From a virus, in IMG/VR virus record IMGVR_UViG_3300045960_000114, positions 121,266 to 185,265 of that record: a stretch of DNA of 64,000 nt. The stretch is one strand, 5' to 3'. Shown piece after piece: positions 52,050 to 62,028 of this stretch (position 1 is the stretch's first letter; every line of letters starts with the position of its first letter). The notes under the pieces are model-generated. The model was not told the origin of the DNA, searched no databases, and was given only the letters and a program-made list of their open reading frames with translations. A program made the translations under genes and the position numbers.

Positions 52050-52645
52050 AGCATGCCAAGTGGCGCGCTTTTTGGGATAGCCGAGCCAAAGCAGGCTCTG
52101 AGTATGTAGGCAGATTGGGAGAGCCGGTGAATGCTCAGACGCTCAAGATCGAAAGTCTGCTTAAGGCTAAGCTGAGTCCCGTGGAATACTATGCTGAGGG
52201 AATGGACTTCGGTTGTGGCCCTGGGCGTTTTCTTCCTTTCCTCTCCAATCACTGTGGGCACCTTTGGGCTGTTGACCTCGTCCCGTTCGCGTTGCAGCAG
52301 GCGAAGCAGCGCGCACTGAATGTGTCCACGATCGAAGCTGGTTGCCCGCTGAAGTTCCCGTGGGATAACCCGAGAATCAGCTTCCTGTGGGCATGTCTGG
52401 TATTCCAGCATGTAGTTGACGATGATATTTTCTCCAGGACGGTTTCGGAGATTGGTAGGGTGCTGGTCCCCGGCGCGCGAGTGTTAATCCTGGATAACGC
52501 GATCGACAAGGCCAATCACGTTAAGCCGCGCGGTCCTGAGCTGTTGGCCAACGTATTCAGATTGCGCCCCGGATGGACATCGACGCGTGTCACGATCAAC
52601 AGTCGACCTAACGATCACTGGTTGATCGATGGGCGCACGTCCTGA
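52016..52645 (+). CDS. Class I SAM-dependent methyltransferase
   Basis: GMDFGCGPGR, WAVDL, VFQHV, EIGRVLVPGAR. Confidence 0.85.
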   Translation: MVEQAETTTAVKHAKWRAFWDSRAKAGSEYVGRLGEPVNAQTLKIESLLKAKLSPVEYYAEGMDFGCGPGRFLPFLSNHCGHLWAVDLVPFALQQAKQRALNVSTIEAGCPLKFPWDNPRISFLWACLVFQHVVDDDIFSRTVSEIGRVLVPGARVLILDNAIDKANHVKPRGPELLANVFRLRPGWTSTRVTINSRPNDHWLIDGRTS

Positions 52646-52660
52646 TTTGGAGGGACGTTT

Positions 52661-52990
52661 GTGATCACTATCGAGATCAACCTCGGCGGCGTGATCGATG
52701 CCGTTGCTACCGATTACACGAAGGTCGTGCTGGGTCCGCGTGACTTCACAGCCATGAGCAATGTGGAGCGGCGCGGTACCATCGTAAACCTTGGTCCTGT
52801 TGAGGTTTTCCTTGGCTGGAACAAAGAATATCTCGACGCTGTCGACGAGTCCATGGAGGCTGATAAGGCGTTTCTGATGCCGGTTGGGTCAGCTACGGGG
52901 ATTACAGCTATCCGTGTACCGTTATTCTGCGAGTATTACGTTTGTCGCACGGCGGCTGGTACGACCAAGCTGATTTACGTTGAGGATTAA
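52661..52990 (+). CDS. Small beta-rich putative virion protein
   Basis: Beta-strand-like composition; precedes the fibre genes. Confidence 0.55.
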   Translation: MITIEINLGGVIDAVATDYTKVVLGPRDFTAMSNVERRGTIVNLGPVEVFLGWNKEYLDAVDESMEADKAFLMPVGSATGITAIRVPLFCEYYVCRTAAGTTKLIYVED

Positions 52991-52992
52991 CC

Positions 52993-53760
52993 ATGTCCAT
53001 GCTTCCGGGCATCGGTGTCATGCCTGCAATCCAGGGTGGTGGCGGCGGTGGTGGCGGCACTGGCACGGGCAGTGGAAGCGAGTGTAGTGGCAGCGCCATA
53101 GCCACGTACTACGACGGGGTGTATCACACAATCGCTACTTTGCCTACTGTCCGTAACCCCACTATCATCGAAGCGCGGGCGCTCGGGCGTCGAACGGATG
53201 CAGCTGGCCACGGCGTGTACATCAGGCGGGCTGTTGTTTACAGGGGTGTCGGCGGAGCTGCAACGTTACTGAACGTGTTTGATTCGCCGCTTACGCGGGA
53301 GTCTGTTTCTGGTTGGGACATGCGGATTGCGGTAAGTGGGTCGTCCGTGCTTATCCAGGTCCGTGGTTCTGCCGGCGCCACAGTCAACTGGCGTTCGAGC
53401 TGGGTCTTCAGTTCCATCTCCGGTTACGGGCTGATTACCACTGATGGCGTGTACCACACGATACAGACGGTCCCGATTCCTGACAGGACGGTTTGTTTGC
53501 TTGAGGTGCCTGTTGTTGGCATCCGCGCAGATGCTGATGGCTGCAGCGGGTACATCCACCGGGCTGTGGTGTATCGCACGGCTGGCGGGAATGCGACACT
53601 GATAACCGTGCCTGATTCGAATCTGACTCGCGAGACTGTGGCTGCCTGGGACTCAACCATCGATGTATCCGGCGATAGCGCACTCATACAGGTGCGTGGC
53701 GCGGCTGGTCAGACTGTCAGTTGGAAGTCCGATTATGCCTTTACGGAGTTGACGATATGA
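52993..53760 (+). CDS. Putative virion protein with two tandem copies of an ~110-aa beta domain
   Basis: DGVYHTI...E...GxRxDA...YIxRAVVYR..GGxATL...TRE.V..WD..I.VSG....IQVRG.AG.TV.W occurs twice. Confidence 0.7.
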   Translation: MSMLPGIGVMPAIQGGGGGGGGTGTGSGSECSGSAIATYYDGVYHTIATLPTVRNPTIIEARALGRRTDAAGHGVYIRRAVVYRGVGGAATLLNVFDSPLTRESVSGWDMRIAVSGSSVLIQVRGSAGATVNWRSSWVFSSISGYGLITTDGVYHTIQTVPIPDRTVCLLEVPVVGIRADADGCSGYIHRAVVYRTAGGNATLITVPDSNLTRETVAAWDSTIDVSGDSALIQVRGAAGQTVSWKSDYAFTELTI

Positions 53761-54128
53761 TTGCCAACGCGCCTTGTTCCGGGCCAGTTAAGTTCATTCT
53801 CGACACGGTGGATGCCGCTTACCACCCTATCGAGATCATACCCATACCAGACAACACGGTGTTTTTGCTGGAAGTCCAGGCGCTTGGTATTTGTGAAGGT
53901 GTGGGTGCGGATCGGGCTGGATACAATCGGCGAGCTGTGATCTACCGCGAGTCTGGCGGTCCGGCGATCATCGAGGGTCCTGTAAACACTGACCTTACAA
54001 GGGAATCCGATACTACATGGGACGTGACAATCCTGGTCACAGGCGTTAATGTGGAGATAATGGTCAAAGGCGCGCTTGGCCAGACCGTCAGTTGGAAGGT
54101 GTCCTACACGTTTGAAGAGGTGAGCTGA
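53757..54128 (+). CDS. Putative virion protein, third copy of the same beta domain
   Basis: DAAYHPI...RAVIYRESGG...TRE...WD...VKGALGQTVSW. Confidence 0.7.
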   Translation: MIANAPCSGPVKFILDTVDAAYHPIEIIPIPDNTVFLLEVQALGICEGVGADRAGYNRRAVIYRESGGPAIIEGPVNTDLTRESDTTWDVTILVTGVNVEIMVKGALGQTVSWKVSYTFEEVS

Positions 54129-54129
54129 C

Positions 54130-57100
54130 GTGGCAATCATTGGCTCTACTGATCTGGGTGATGGGCGTCGTGCATTATCCGTCGACGTCGATCCCGTTAT
54201 TACGCCGCCAGTTGAGGCGGTAGTCGGCGACCTCGTCGAATACAATGGCCTGTGGTACTACTTCAATGGGTCGATTTGCGTCCCTGAGCTCAATATCCAT
54301 GGTTATCTTCATGCCCCTGGGGGCGCTGATCCGCTGCCCAGTGGTTCCATTGGATCTGGGATGTTGGGCGATGGGGTTGTGCTCTCTGCGAATATCGCTT
54401 CCGGCCAGATTGGTGCGAACCATCTGGCTTCCGGTGTGCTTTCTGATATCGATCTGACGTCGGGTTCAGTTCAGTCTGGGCTACTGGGTAACGGGGCTGT
54501 CGTTTCAGCCAATATCGCTTCTGGGCAGATCGGCGCTTCCCACCTGGCTTCCGGCGTCCTGACTGCGTTCAGCTTCACGTCAGGGATTGTTCAGTCTGGG
54601 CTGCTCGGCAATGGTGCCGTCTTGTCCGGGAACATTGCGTCGGGTCAAGTCTCATCAGCTCATTTTGCAAGCGGTACCATCCTTCCGCCCGCAAGCGGTT
54701 CAATTCATTCCGGAATGCTTGGCAACGGCGCGGTTGTTTCTGGCAGCATTGCATCGGGTCAGATCTCCTCAGCTCACTTTGCGAGCGGCACCATCTTGCC
54801 ACCGGCGAGTGGCTCGATCAAGAGCGGCATGTTGGCAAATGGCGCCGTTGTTTCTGGTTCCATTGCCAGCGGTCAGATCGCTTCGGCTCACTTTGCGAGC
54901 GGCACCATCCTCCCCCCGGCTTCCGGCGCAATAACGAGCGGTATGCTGGGCAATGCGGCAGTCGTTTCGGGAAGTATCGCTTCGGGTCAGATCGGGCTGA
55001 ATCACCTGGCCAGCGGAGTCCTCACGAACGTTTCGTCTGGCTCGATACAGTCTGGTGATCTGGGTGCGGGTTCAGTTCTTAGCGCAAACTTCGCGTCGGG
55101 CCAGATCAGCAGCGCTCATTTCGCTTCGGGAACCATTCTTCCTCCTGCCAGCGGTTCCATCGTCAGTGGAATGCTTGGCAACGGAGCCGTCACTTCCGGC
55201 TCCATAGCGAGTGGCCAGATCTCTTCGGCTCACTTTGCTTCAGGAACCGTGCTCCCGAACAATCTCACAAGCGGCGGTGTTACCAGCGGTGACATTGGAA
55301 ATAGCGCTGTTGTATCTGGTTCGATCGCTTCTGGTCAGATCAGTTCGGCTCACTTTGCTTCCGGTACGATCCTGCCCAACAACATCACCAGCGGCGGTGT
55401 GACGAGCGGGATGCTGGGTAATGGGGCAGTCGTATCTGGTTCCATTGCTTCTGGCTCGGTCGGGTTGTACGCCTTGGCCTCCGGGCTGCTGACAAACCTT
55501 CTTTCCGGTTACGTGACCTCGGGCGACCTGGCTGATGGCGTTGTGTTCAGCTCCAACATCGCCAGTGGGCAGGTATCGTCTGCGCATTTTGCTTCAGGCA
55601 CGCTTCTTCCCAATCAGATCACCAGTGGCGGGATCACCAGCGGCGACCTGGGCAACGCTTCTGTGGTTTCCGGTTCCATTGCCAGCGGTCAGATCTCCAG
55701 CGCTCACTTCGCTTCCGGCACGATCCTTCCGCCGGCCTCCGGCTCTATCAAGAGCGGCATGCTGGCGGATGGGTCTGTGGTCAGCGGGTCGATCGCCTCT
55801 GGCTCGATCGGGCAGTACCAGCTGGCTTCCGGCGTTACAGCCCAAGTCACATCCGGGGCGATCACGTCGGGCGACCTGGGCAATGCTTCCGTCACTTCTG
55901 GAAACATTGCTTCGGGGCAGATCAGCTCGGCACATTTCGCTTCAGGGACGATTCTTCCCCCGGGCAGCGGGTCGATTACCAGCTCAATGCTGGCATCCGG
56001 CACAGTCATTCCATTCACACTGACCTCTGGCATCGTTACCTCTGGCCTGATTGGAAATGGCGCAGTCGTAAGCGGCAGTATTGCGTCTGGGCAGATCTCT
56101 TCGGCGCATTTTGCCAGCGGTACGATCCTGCCGCCGCAGAGCGGGTCGATCACCAGCGGCATGCTCGGCGATGCTGCTGTTCTTTCGGGCTCCATCGGCA
56201 GCGGTCAGATCAGTAAGGAGCACCTGGCTTCCGGCGTCATCCCGCCGCTGATCACCTCAGGCATCGTGGCGTCAGGCGACCTGGATGCTGGCTCTGTTCT
56301 TAGTGGCAACATCGCTTCTGGCCAGATCAGCTCCGCCCATTTCGCTTCTGGTACGATCCTTCCGCCTGGAAGTGGGTCGATCACGAGTTCGATGCTGGCT
56401 TCGGGTACTGTCATCCCGTTCGCCCTGACTTCCGGCATCATCACGTCTGGAATGCTTGGGAATGGATCAGTCGTATCGGGAAGCATCGCCAGCGGCTCGA
56501 TCGGGCCGACGCATCTTGCCTCCGGTGCTGTTCCACCGTCACTGACATCTGGCTTTGTGACGTCCGGTTACTTGGGCGACGGCGCTGTGGTCAGTGGTTC
56601 GATCGCCAGCGGCCAGATCGGCGCCAGCCATCTGGCTTCCGGGGTTCTGTCCAGCTTCACGTTGACTTCAGGTGTGGTACGGTCCGGACACATTGGCGAT
56701 GGCGCCGTGGTCAGTGGCTCGATCGCCAGTGGACAGGTGTCGTCCGCGCATTTTGCCAGCGGTACGATCCTTCCTAATCAGATTACCTCCGGCGGCATTA
56801 CCAGTGGGATGCTGGGCAATGGGTCGGTCGTGTCCGGTTCCGTGGCTTCCGGTTCCATCGGTGCGTCTCATCTGGCATCAGGGACCATTACGGCCTTCTC
56901 GCTTTCGTCTGGCTCTGTCCAATCGGGTCACCTGGGCAACGGGTCGGTTGTTTCGGGCAGCATTGCAAGCGGGCAAGTCAGCAGCGCACATTTTGCTTCG
57001 GGTACGATCCTTCCCAACAACATCACCAGTGGCGGTATCACCTCTGGCATGATTGGGAACGGTGCCACTGCTTCCGCCAACATTGCTTCCGGATTCATCT

Positions 57101-60100
57101 GTTACGGTACGCACTTGCAGTCTGGGGCTGTTGTATCTGCGCATTACGCATCCGGCAGCATCAGTTACTTCAAGATCGCTTCCGGCCAGGTGCAGGCGCA
57201 GACGATCGGTTCGGGTGCAGTCACTTCCGGTAAATACGCCTCTGGTTCAATCTCTGCATTCAAGTTGGCCAGTGGTATTCTTGACTCATCGATCTACCTC
57301 GGCAGCGGCGTGGTCACGTCTGGTGCCATCGCGTCAGGTCAGATCGGCGAGTTCCACCTGGCTTCTGGGCAGCGCATCACGTCCGGGGCGATCGGTTCCG
57401 GTATCCTTGCGAACAACTCCGTGGTATCCGGCTCCATTGCTTCTGGGCAGATTGGCGAGTTCCACCTGGCTTCTGGGCAGCGCATCGCGTCTGGATCGAT
57501 CGGCTCAGGCATCCTTGCAAACAACTCTGTTGTGTCTGGTTCCATTGCCTCAGGGCAGGTGAGCAGCGCTCACTTCGCCTCGGGTACCATTCTCCCGAAC
57601 CAGATCACATCTGGTGGTGTCACGAGTGGCATGCTCGGCAATGGTTCGGTGGTCTCCGGCTCCGTTGCCTCAGGCTCCATTGGCGCTTCCCATCTGGCTT
57701 CAGGGACCATTACGGCTTTCTCGCTATCGTCTGGCTCTGTACAGTCCGGACACATCGGTAACGGTGCTGTGGTCAGCGGAAGTATTGCCAGCGGCCAGAT
57801 CAGCAGCGCGCACTTCGCTTCCGGCACGATCCTTCCCCCTGCTTCGGGTTCGATCACTTCCGGGATGCTGGGCAACTCCTCGATCATGTCGGGAAGTGTT
57901 GCCAGCGGTCAGCTCAGCTGGCCTCACTTCTCCAGCGGTTCCATCACCTCCGGTCATTTCCTGTATAACAATCTGGCCGGTACGGGCATCGAGTACGGTG
58001 GCATTCTCGGCACCAGCGTTGATCCGATGAAGTTCAACATCGGTTCTGGCGCGGGCTGGGTGATCGATAATGTCACTGACCCAGTTCACCCGGTCGTCAC
58101 ATACGTCCAATGGCCATTCATGTCTGGATTGACTGATGACTGGCTGTCTTCGGGTAACCAGACTCAGATCGCCATCACGGCCAGTGGTACGGTTTACCAG
58201 CAAGCTGGCGACCCGTTTACGGTAGCGCAGACGCGCAGTCTCATCTTGCTGGGAAAGACGGTCCATCCGATCGCGGCGTCCGGCATCATTCGAGTCAACA
58301 TTGCGCCTCGCCCGCTAATCAATGCTGCATTGGATTCGGATGACTTGTCGACTGCGTTGGGCATCATCACAGTCAATGGCAGCGTTTATGGACCTAATGG
58401 CGCGAACCTGAACATCGACCGCACGCTTGGCACGCAGTATCGCGTCGGTGGCGGTTATGCGTCTGGTTTGCTTACGCCGAATTTTGTGGTCATGGGCGCG
58501 GCGACTGCGCTGTCGCTCAACTACCGCTACCAGAATGGAATCGGCGGGTTCAACACAGGCGCAACCCGTACGACGATCGATCCAGATAACTACGATGATG
58601 GTGATGGCACGCTGGCGGCAGTTCCGTCTAATCAATGGACTATCCAGCGTATTTACCTGTTCAGCACGGGTGCCACGTATGTCACGTACGGCCAGAAGAC
58701 CTACAACAAGTACGATGACGCGATTGTCGGCCTTCGCACTGAGATGCCGGTCATCGATCCGAATTTCTCTTCTGACGCGGCGTTGCGCTGTTTCCTGATC
58801 GTGCAGCAAGGCACCACCAACCTCACCAATGCCACGTTTGTTGCCGCAGGCAAGCTGGGCGAGATTACTGGCGCCGGCGCCACAACTCTTCCGCTTGGGT
58901 CTGGTTCGGTCACGAGCGGTATGCTGGGCAATGCTGTCGTAGTTAGCAGTTCGATTGCCAGCGGCCAGATTGGTCAGTACCACGTAGCCAGCGGATTCAT
59001 AATCTCGCTGAGAGTTTCCGGTTACCTGACTTCTGGCTACCTTGGGGATGGTGCTGTTGTCAGTGGATCGATTGCCAGCGGCCAGGTCAGCTCGGCCCAC
59101 TTCGCGTCAGGAACGATCCTGCCGCCTGCCAGTGGAAGTATCACCAGCGGAATGCTCGGTAACGGGGCGGTAATCTCCAGTTCGATAGCTTCCGGGCAGA
59201 TCGCAGGTGCTCACTTAGCTGCTGGCGCAGTTTTGAGCGCTAACATTGCCAGCGGCCAGGTCGGCGCTACTCATCTGGCATCTGGCACCGTCTTCTCCTT
59301 GACCTCTGGCATCATACAGTCGGGATACTTGGGTAACCGGTCTGTGGTGTCGGGCAGTATTGGCAGCGGCCAGATCTGGCGGTCACACTTCGCTTCTGGT
59401 CTTCAGTCTGTCTCGCAGTTTGTCACGGTTGCTCAGTCTGGTAATGCGGACTTCTCCACGATTCAGGGCGCCATTGACTCGATCACGGATGCCACGGGCG
59501 TCAAGAACTACGTCGTCATGGTCCACCCAGGTATCTACAGGGAAAGTCCGGTCCTGAAGCCGTACGTCTCGCTTGTTGGAGTATGTCCCCCCAGCGCTTT
59601 CGGGACAAACGGGACGAATGGGAATGTATCCATAGAAGGGTACGTAGGTAGCGGCGTTGTGGTAACACTTTCAGATGATACGCTTATTGCGAATCTGGCG
59701 CTCAATGGGCGTGTTCGAGATGGATACAACAGCGGTGGCGCATTCCTTAATACTGCCAGTGGTACTAAGTTTACGGTTGTCCACGCTCCTGGTGTCACAG
59801 ACGGATACGATGGACAGGTCATTGATAACTGTACGATTACCGCGTACGGAGACGTTGAGGGTACAGGTCATGACTTCTCAGCGATCTTACTTCCGGTATC
59901 CGGATACGCGCTGGCTATACGAAACACGAAAATGTCCCTGTTCGGCTTCCCGGGCGGGAAGATGCGTGGTATTGAGATTCAAGGTGAGGATGCGTCGGTT
60001 GAGCTGACCCACTGTGAAGTTTTGCGCTTCGATGACGCCAGTTCTGGTACGATATTCTACGATCGAGCGATGTCCGGTTATGGTGAGGATTTTATTCAAG

Positions 60101-61986
60101 ATCTATCTTTTGCCAGAGTTCCTCAATCCGGCGCGGTTATGTTCAATACTCCCGGAGCCCTTTGGGTGAAGGAACTGAAACGCAGTCTTGGGGATTTAGA
60201 TCCTTATATCGATCCCTACGTAATTCTTGCCAGCGGGGATCTCATTCGTTTTGATGCAACGAGCCCGGCGTGGGGTATGGGCATCGGCTCTGGCCGCGTA
60301 TTCTCGGGAGCGCTCGGTAACGGTTCTGTTGTTTCCGGGTCGATCGCTTCTGGTCAGATTGCTAGTCCTCACCTGGCCGCGGAAGCAGTTCGTAGTGCAA
60401 ACATTGCCAGTGGGCAGGTGGGCACGTTACACCTTGCCAGTGGGATAGCCATCACCTCCGGTACGATCATCGCGTTCGATCTGGCCGACAATGTGGTGCT
60501 CTCGGCCAACATTGCCAGCGGGCAGGTGGGTGGCTTCCAGCTGGCATCCGGTGGAGTCACCTCGGCGGCCTACGCCTCGGGCTCAGTCTCCACGTTCAAG
60601 CTGGCGCTGGGGGCTGTCACTTCTTCGATCATTGCAAGCGGGCAGGTTGGCACGACGCACATCGGTGCTGGTGCTGTGCGGAGTTCCAACATCGGAAGCG
60701 GGCAGATCAGCAGCGCCCATTTCGCTTCCGGCACGATCATGCCCAACCAGATCACGTCTGGAGGCATCACCAGCGGCATGCTGGGGAACGGGTCGGTCGT
60801 TTCCGGTTCCGTCGCTTCCGGTTCAATCGGCGCTTCCCATCTGGCTTCCGGCACGATCACGGCCTTCTCGCTGTCTTCGGGCTCCGTGCAGTCCGGACAT
60901 CTTGGAAATGGTTCGGTAGTCAGCGGTTCGATCGCCAGCGGCCAGGTATCGTCTGCGCACTTTGCCTCCGGCACCATCCTGCCGCCGGCGTCGGGCTCGA
61001 TCACTTCCGGCATGCTTGGCAACGGGTCCGTGATTTCGAGTTCGATTGCTTCGGGACAGATTGGTCTTACTCATCTCGCGTCCGGTGTGATTCCCACAGG
61101 TAGCCTGTCTTCCGGTTCAGTTACCAGTGGGTATCTCGGCAACGGCTCGGTGGTCAGCGGCTCGATCGCCAGCGGGCAGATCGGTTACGTCCATCTGGCT
61201 TCGGGCACCATCCCTCCGGTATGGCTGACGAAGACGTCGGCTTACACGGCGAACCCCAGGGAAGCCATCGCAGCCGACACGTTGACCATCGGCGCCTGGT
61301 CGCTGACTCTTCCGCCATCGCCAAGCCTTGGCGACTGGGTGAAGATCGCCGACTGCAAGAGCAACTTCGCGAACGCGAACCTTACTCTGCTGCGTAACGG
61401 CTCATTGCTGCAGGGGCTGGCTGAGGACATGACGCTGTCCATCAACAGCCTTGACATCACCTTCGAGTTCGCTGGCGCTACGCTGGGCTGGCAGATCGCG
61501 AACTACCTGACTTCCCCGACGGCCCTCCCGATGCCGGCTGGCGTGGTGGCGGCCAAGGATTTGGGGCAGACCAACTACTGGTCGGGGTCCATCTCCAGGG
61601 AGAACATCATCTACGGTCCGTCGATGAACTTCCTGAGCGGGGCCGCGAACGTCACTTGTCCAGTGCCGCCAAATACTCAAATCTGGCTATCGGAAGTGGG
61701 CTGGATCCAGACGCAGTGCACGCTGGTCAGCGGCAGCTCCATTGCTACACAGCCGACGATCCAGGCAGGCATCTCGGGAACGCTGGCTAAGTATCTGGCG
61801 CCGGTGCAGACGACTTTGCTGCTGGCCTCCGGCAAGCGTGAACGGTTCGCGACGTTGCTGCAGGACGACGCGGAGGTCACGATGGCAGCTGGGTTCGTGT
61901 CAGGCGCGGTGATCGCCAGCGGCGGCGCAGGGCAGCTGTACGCTGGCCGACCGTTCTGGGTGTTCAGAGCTGTGGAGAACCAGTAG
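54130..61986 (+). CDS. Giant Ser/Gly-repeat tail-fibre/adhesin-like protein (2618 aa)
   Basis: Many 5-residue-period SG repeats (SGSIA SGQIS SAHFA SGTIL); N-terminal HGYLHAPGGADPL; a pectin-lyase-like insert (VAQSGNADFSTIQGAI...VHPGIYRE, ~59.4 kb); a tail-fibre module (TSAYTA...LTLPPSPSLGDWV.IAD, ~61.2 kb). Confidence 0.8.
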   Translation: MAIIGSTDLGDGRRALSVDVDPVITPPVEAVVGDLVEYNGLWYYFNGSICVPELNIHGYLHAPGGADPLPSGSIGSGMLGDGVVLSANIASGQIGANHLASGVLSDIDLTSGSVQSGLLGNGAVVSANIASGQIGASHLASGVLTAFSFTSGIVQSGLLGNGAVLSGNIASGQVSSAHFASGTILPPASGSIHSGMLGNGAVVSGSIASGQISSAHFASGTILPPASGSIKSGMLANGAVVSGSIASGQIASAHFASGTILPPASGAITSGMLGNAAVVSGSIASGQIGLNHLASGVLTNVSSGSIQSGDLGAGSVLSANFASGQISSAHFASGTILPPASGSIVSGMLGNGAVTSGSIASGQISSAHFASGTVLPNNLTSGGVTSGDIGNSAVVSGSIASGQISSAHFASGTILPNNITSGGVTSGMLGNGAVVSGSIASGSVGLYALASGLLTNLLSGYVTSGDLADGVVFSSNIASGQVSSAHFASGTLLPNQITSGGITSGDLGNASVVSGSIASGQISSAHFASGTILPPASGSIKSGMLADGSVVSGSIASGSIGQYQLASGVTAQVTSGAITSGDLGNASVTSGNIASGQISSAHFASGTILPPGSGSITSSMLASGTVIPFTLTSGIVTSGLIGNGAVVSGSIASGQISSAHFASGTILPPQSGSITSGMLGDAAVLSGSIGSGQISKEHLASGVIPPLITSGIVASGDLDAGSVLSGNIASGQISSAHFASGTILPPGSGSITSSMLASGTVIPFALTSGIITSGMLGNGSVVSGSIASGSIGPTHLASGAVPPSLTSGFVTSGYLGDGAVVSGSIASGQIGASHLASGVLSSFTLTSGVVRSGHIGDGAVVSGSIASGQVSSAHFASGTILPNQITSGGITSGMLGNGSVVSGSVASGSIGASHLASGTITAFSLSSGSVQSGHLGNGSVVSGSIASGQVSSAHFASGTILPNNITSGGITSGMIGNGATASANIASGFICYGTHLQSGAVVSAHYASGSISYFKIASGQVQAQTIGSGAVTSGKYASGSISAFKLASGILDSSIYLGSGVVTSGAIASGQIGEFHLASGQRITSGAIGSGILANNSVVSGSIASGQIGEFHLASGQRIASGSIGSGILANNSVVSGSIASGQVSSAHFASGTILPNQITSGGVTSGMLGNGSVVSGSVASGSIGASHLASGTITAFSLSSGSVQSGHIGNGAVVSGSIASGQISSAHFASGTILPPASGSITSGMLGNSSIMSGSVASGQLSWPHFSSGSITSGHFLYNNLAGTGIEYGGILGTSVDPMKFNIGSGAGWVIDNVTDPVHPVVTYVQWPFMSGLTDDWLSSGNQTQIAITASGTVYQQAGDPFTVAQTRSLILLGKTVHPIAASGIIRVNIAPRPLINAALDSDDLSTALGIITVNGSVYGPNGANLNIDRTLGTQYRVGGGYASGLLTPNFVVMGAATALSLNYRYQNGIGGFNTGATRTTIDPDNYDDGDGTLAAVPSNQWTIQRIYLFSTGATYVTYGQKTYNKYDDAIVGLRTEMPVIDPNFSSDAALRCFLIVQQGTTNLTNATFVAAGKLGEITGAGATTLPLGSGSVTSGMLGNAVVVSSSIASGQIGQYHVASGFIISLRVSGYLTSGYLGDGAVVSGSIASGQVSSAHFASGTILPPASGSITSGMLGNGAVISSSIASGQIAGAHLAAGAVLSANIASGQVGATHLASGTVFSLTSGIIQSGYLGNRSVVSGSIGSGQIWRSHFASGLQSVSQFVTVAQSGNADFSTIQGAIDSITDATGVKNYVVMVHPGIYRESPVLKPYVSLVGVCPPSAFGTNGTNGNVSIEGYVGSGVVVTLSDDTLIANLALNGRVRDGYNSGGAFLNTASGTKFTVVHAPGVTDGYDGQVIDNCTITAYGDVEGTGHDFSAILLPVSGYALAIRNTKMSLFGFPGGKMRGIEIQGEDASVELTHCEVLRFDDASSGTIFYDRAMSGYGEDFIQDLSFARVPQSGAVMFNTPGALWVKELKRSLGDLDPYIDPYVILASGDLIRFDATSPAWGMGIGSGRVFSGALGNGSVVSGSIASGQIASPHLAAEAVRSANIASGQVGTLHLASGIAITSGTIIAFDLADNVVLSANIASGQVGGFQLASGGVTSAAYASGSVSTFKLALGAVTSSIIASGQVGTTHIGAGAVRSSNIGSGQISSAHFASGTIMPNQITSGGITSGMLGNGSVVSGSVASGSIGASHLASGTITAFSLSSGSVQSGHLGNGSVVSGSIASGQVSSAHFASGTILPPASGSITSGMLGNGSVISSSIASGQIGLTHLASGVIPTGSLSSGSVTSGYLGNGSVVSGSIASGQIGYVHLASGTIPPVWLTKTSAYTANPREAIAADTLTIGAWSLTLPPSPSLGDWVKIADCKSNFANANLTLLRNGSLLQGLAEDMTLSINSLDITFEFAGATLGWQIANYLTSPTALPMPAGVVAAKDLGQTNYWSGSISRENIIYGPSMNFLSGAANVTCPVPPNTQIWLSEVGWIQTQCTLVSGSSIATQPTIQAGISGTLAKYLAPVQTTLLLASGKRERFATLLQDDAEVTMAAGFVSGAVIASGGAGQLYAGRPFWVFRAVENQ

Positions 61987-62028
61987 CCATGATCCTGCGT
62001 AATTTGCCGGGCGTAAGGAGGAAGTGAA

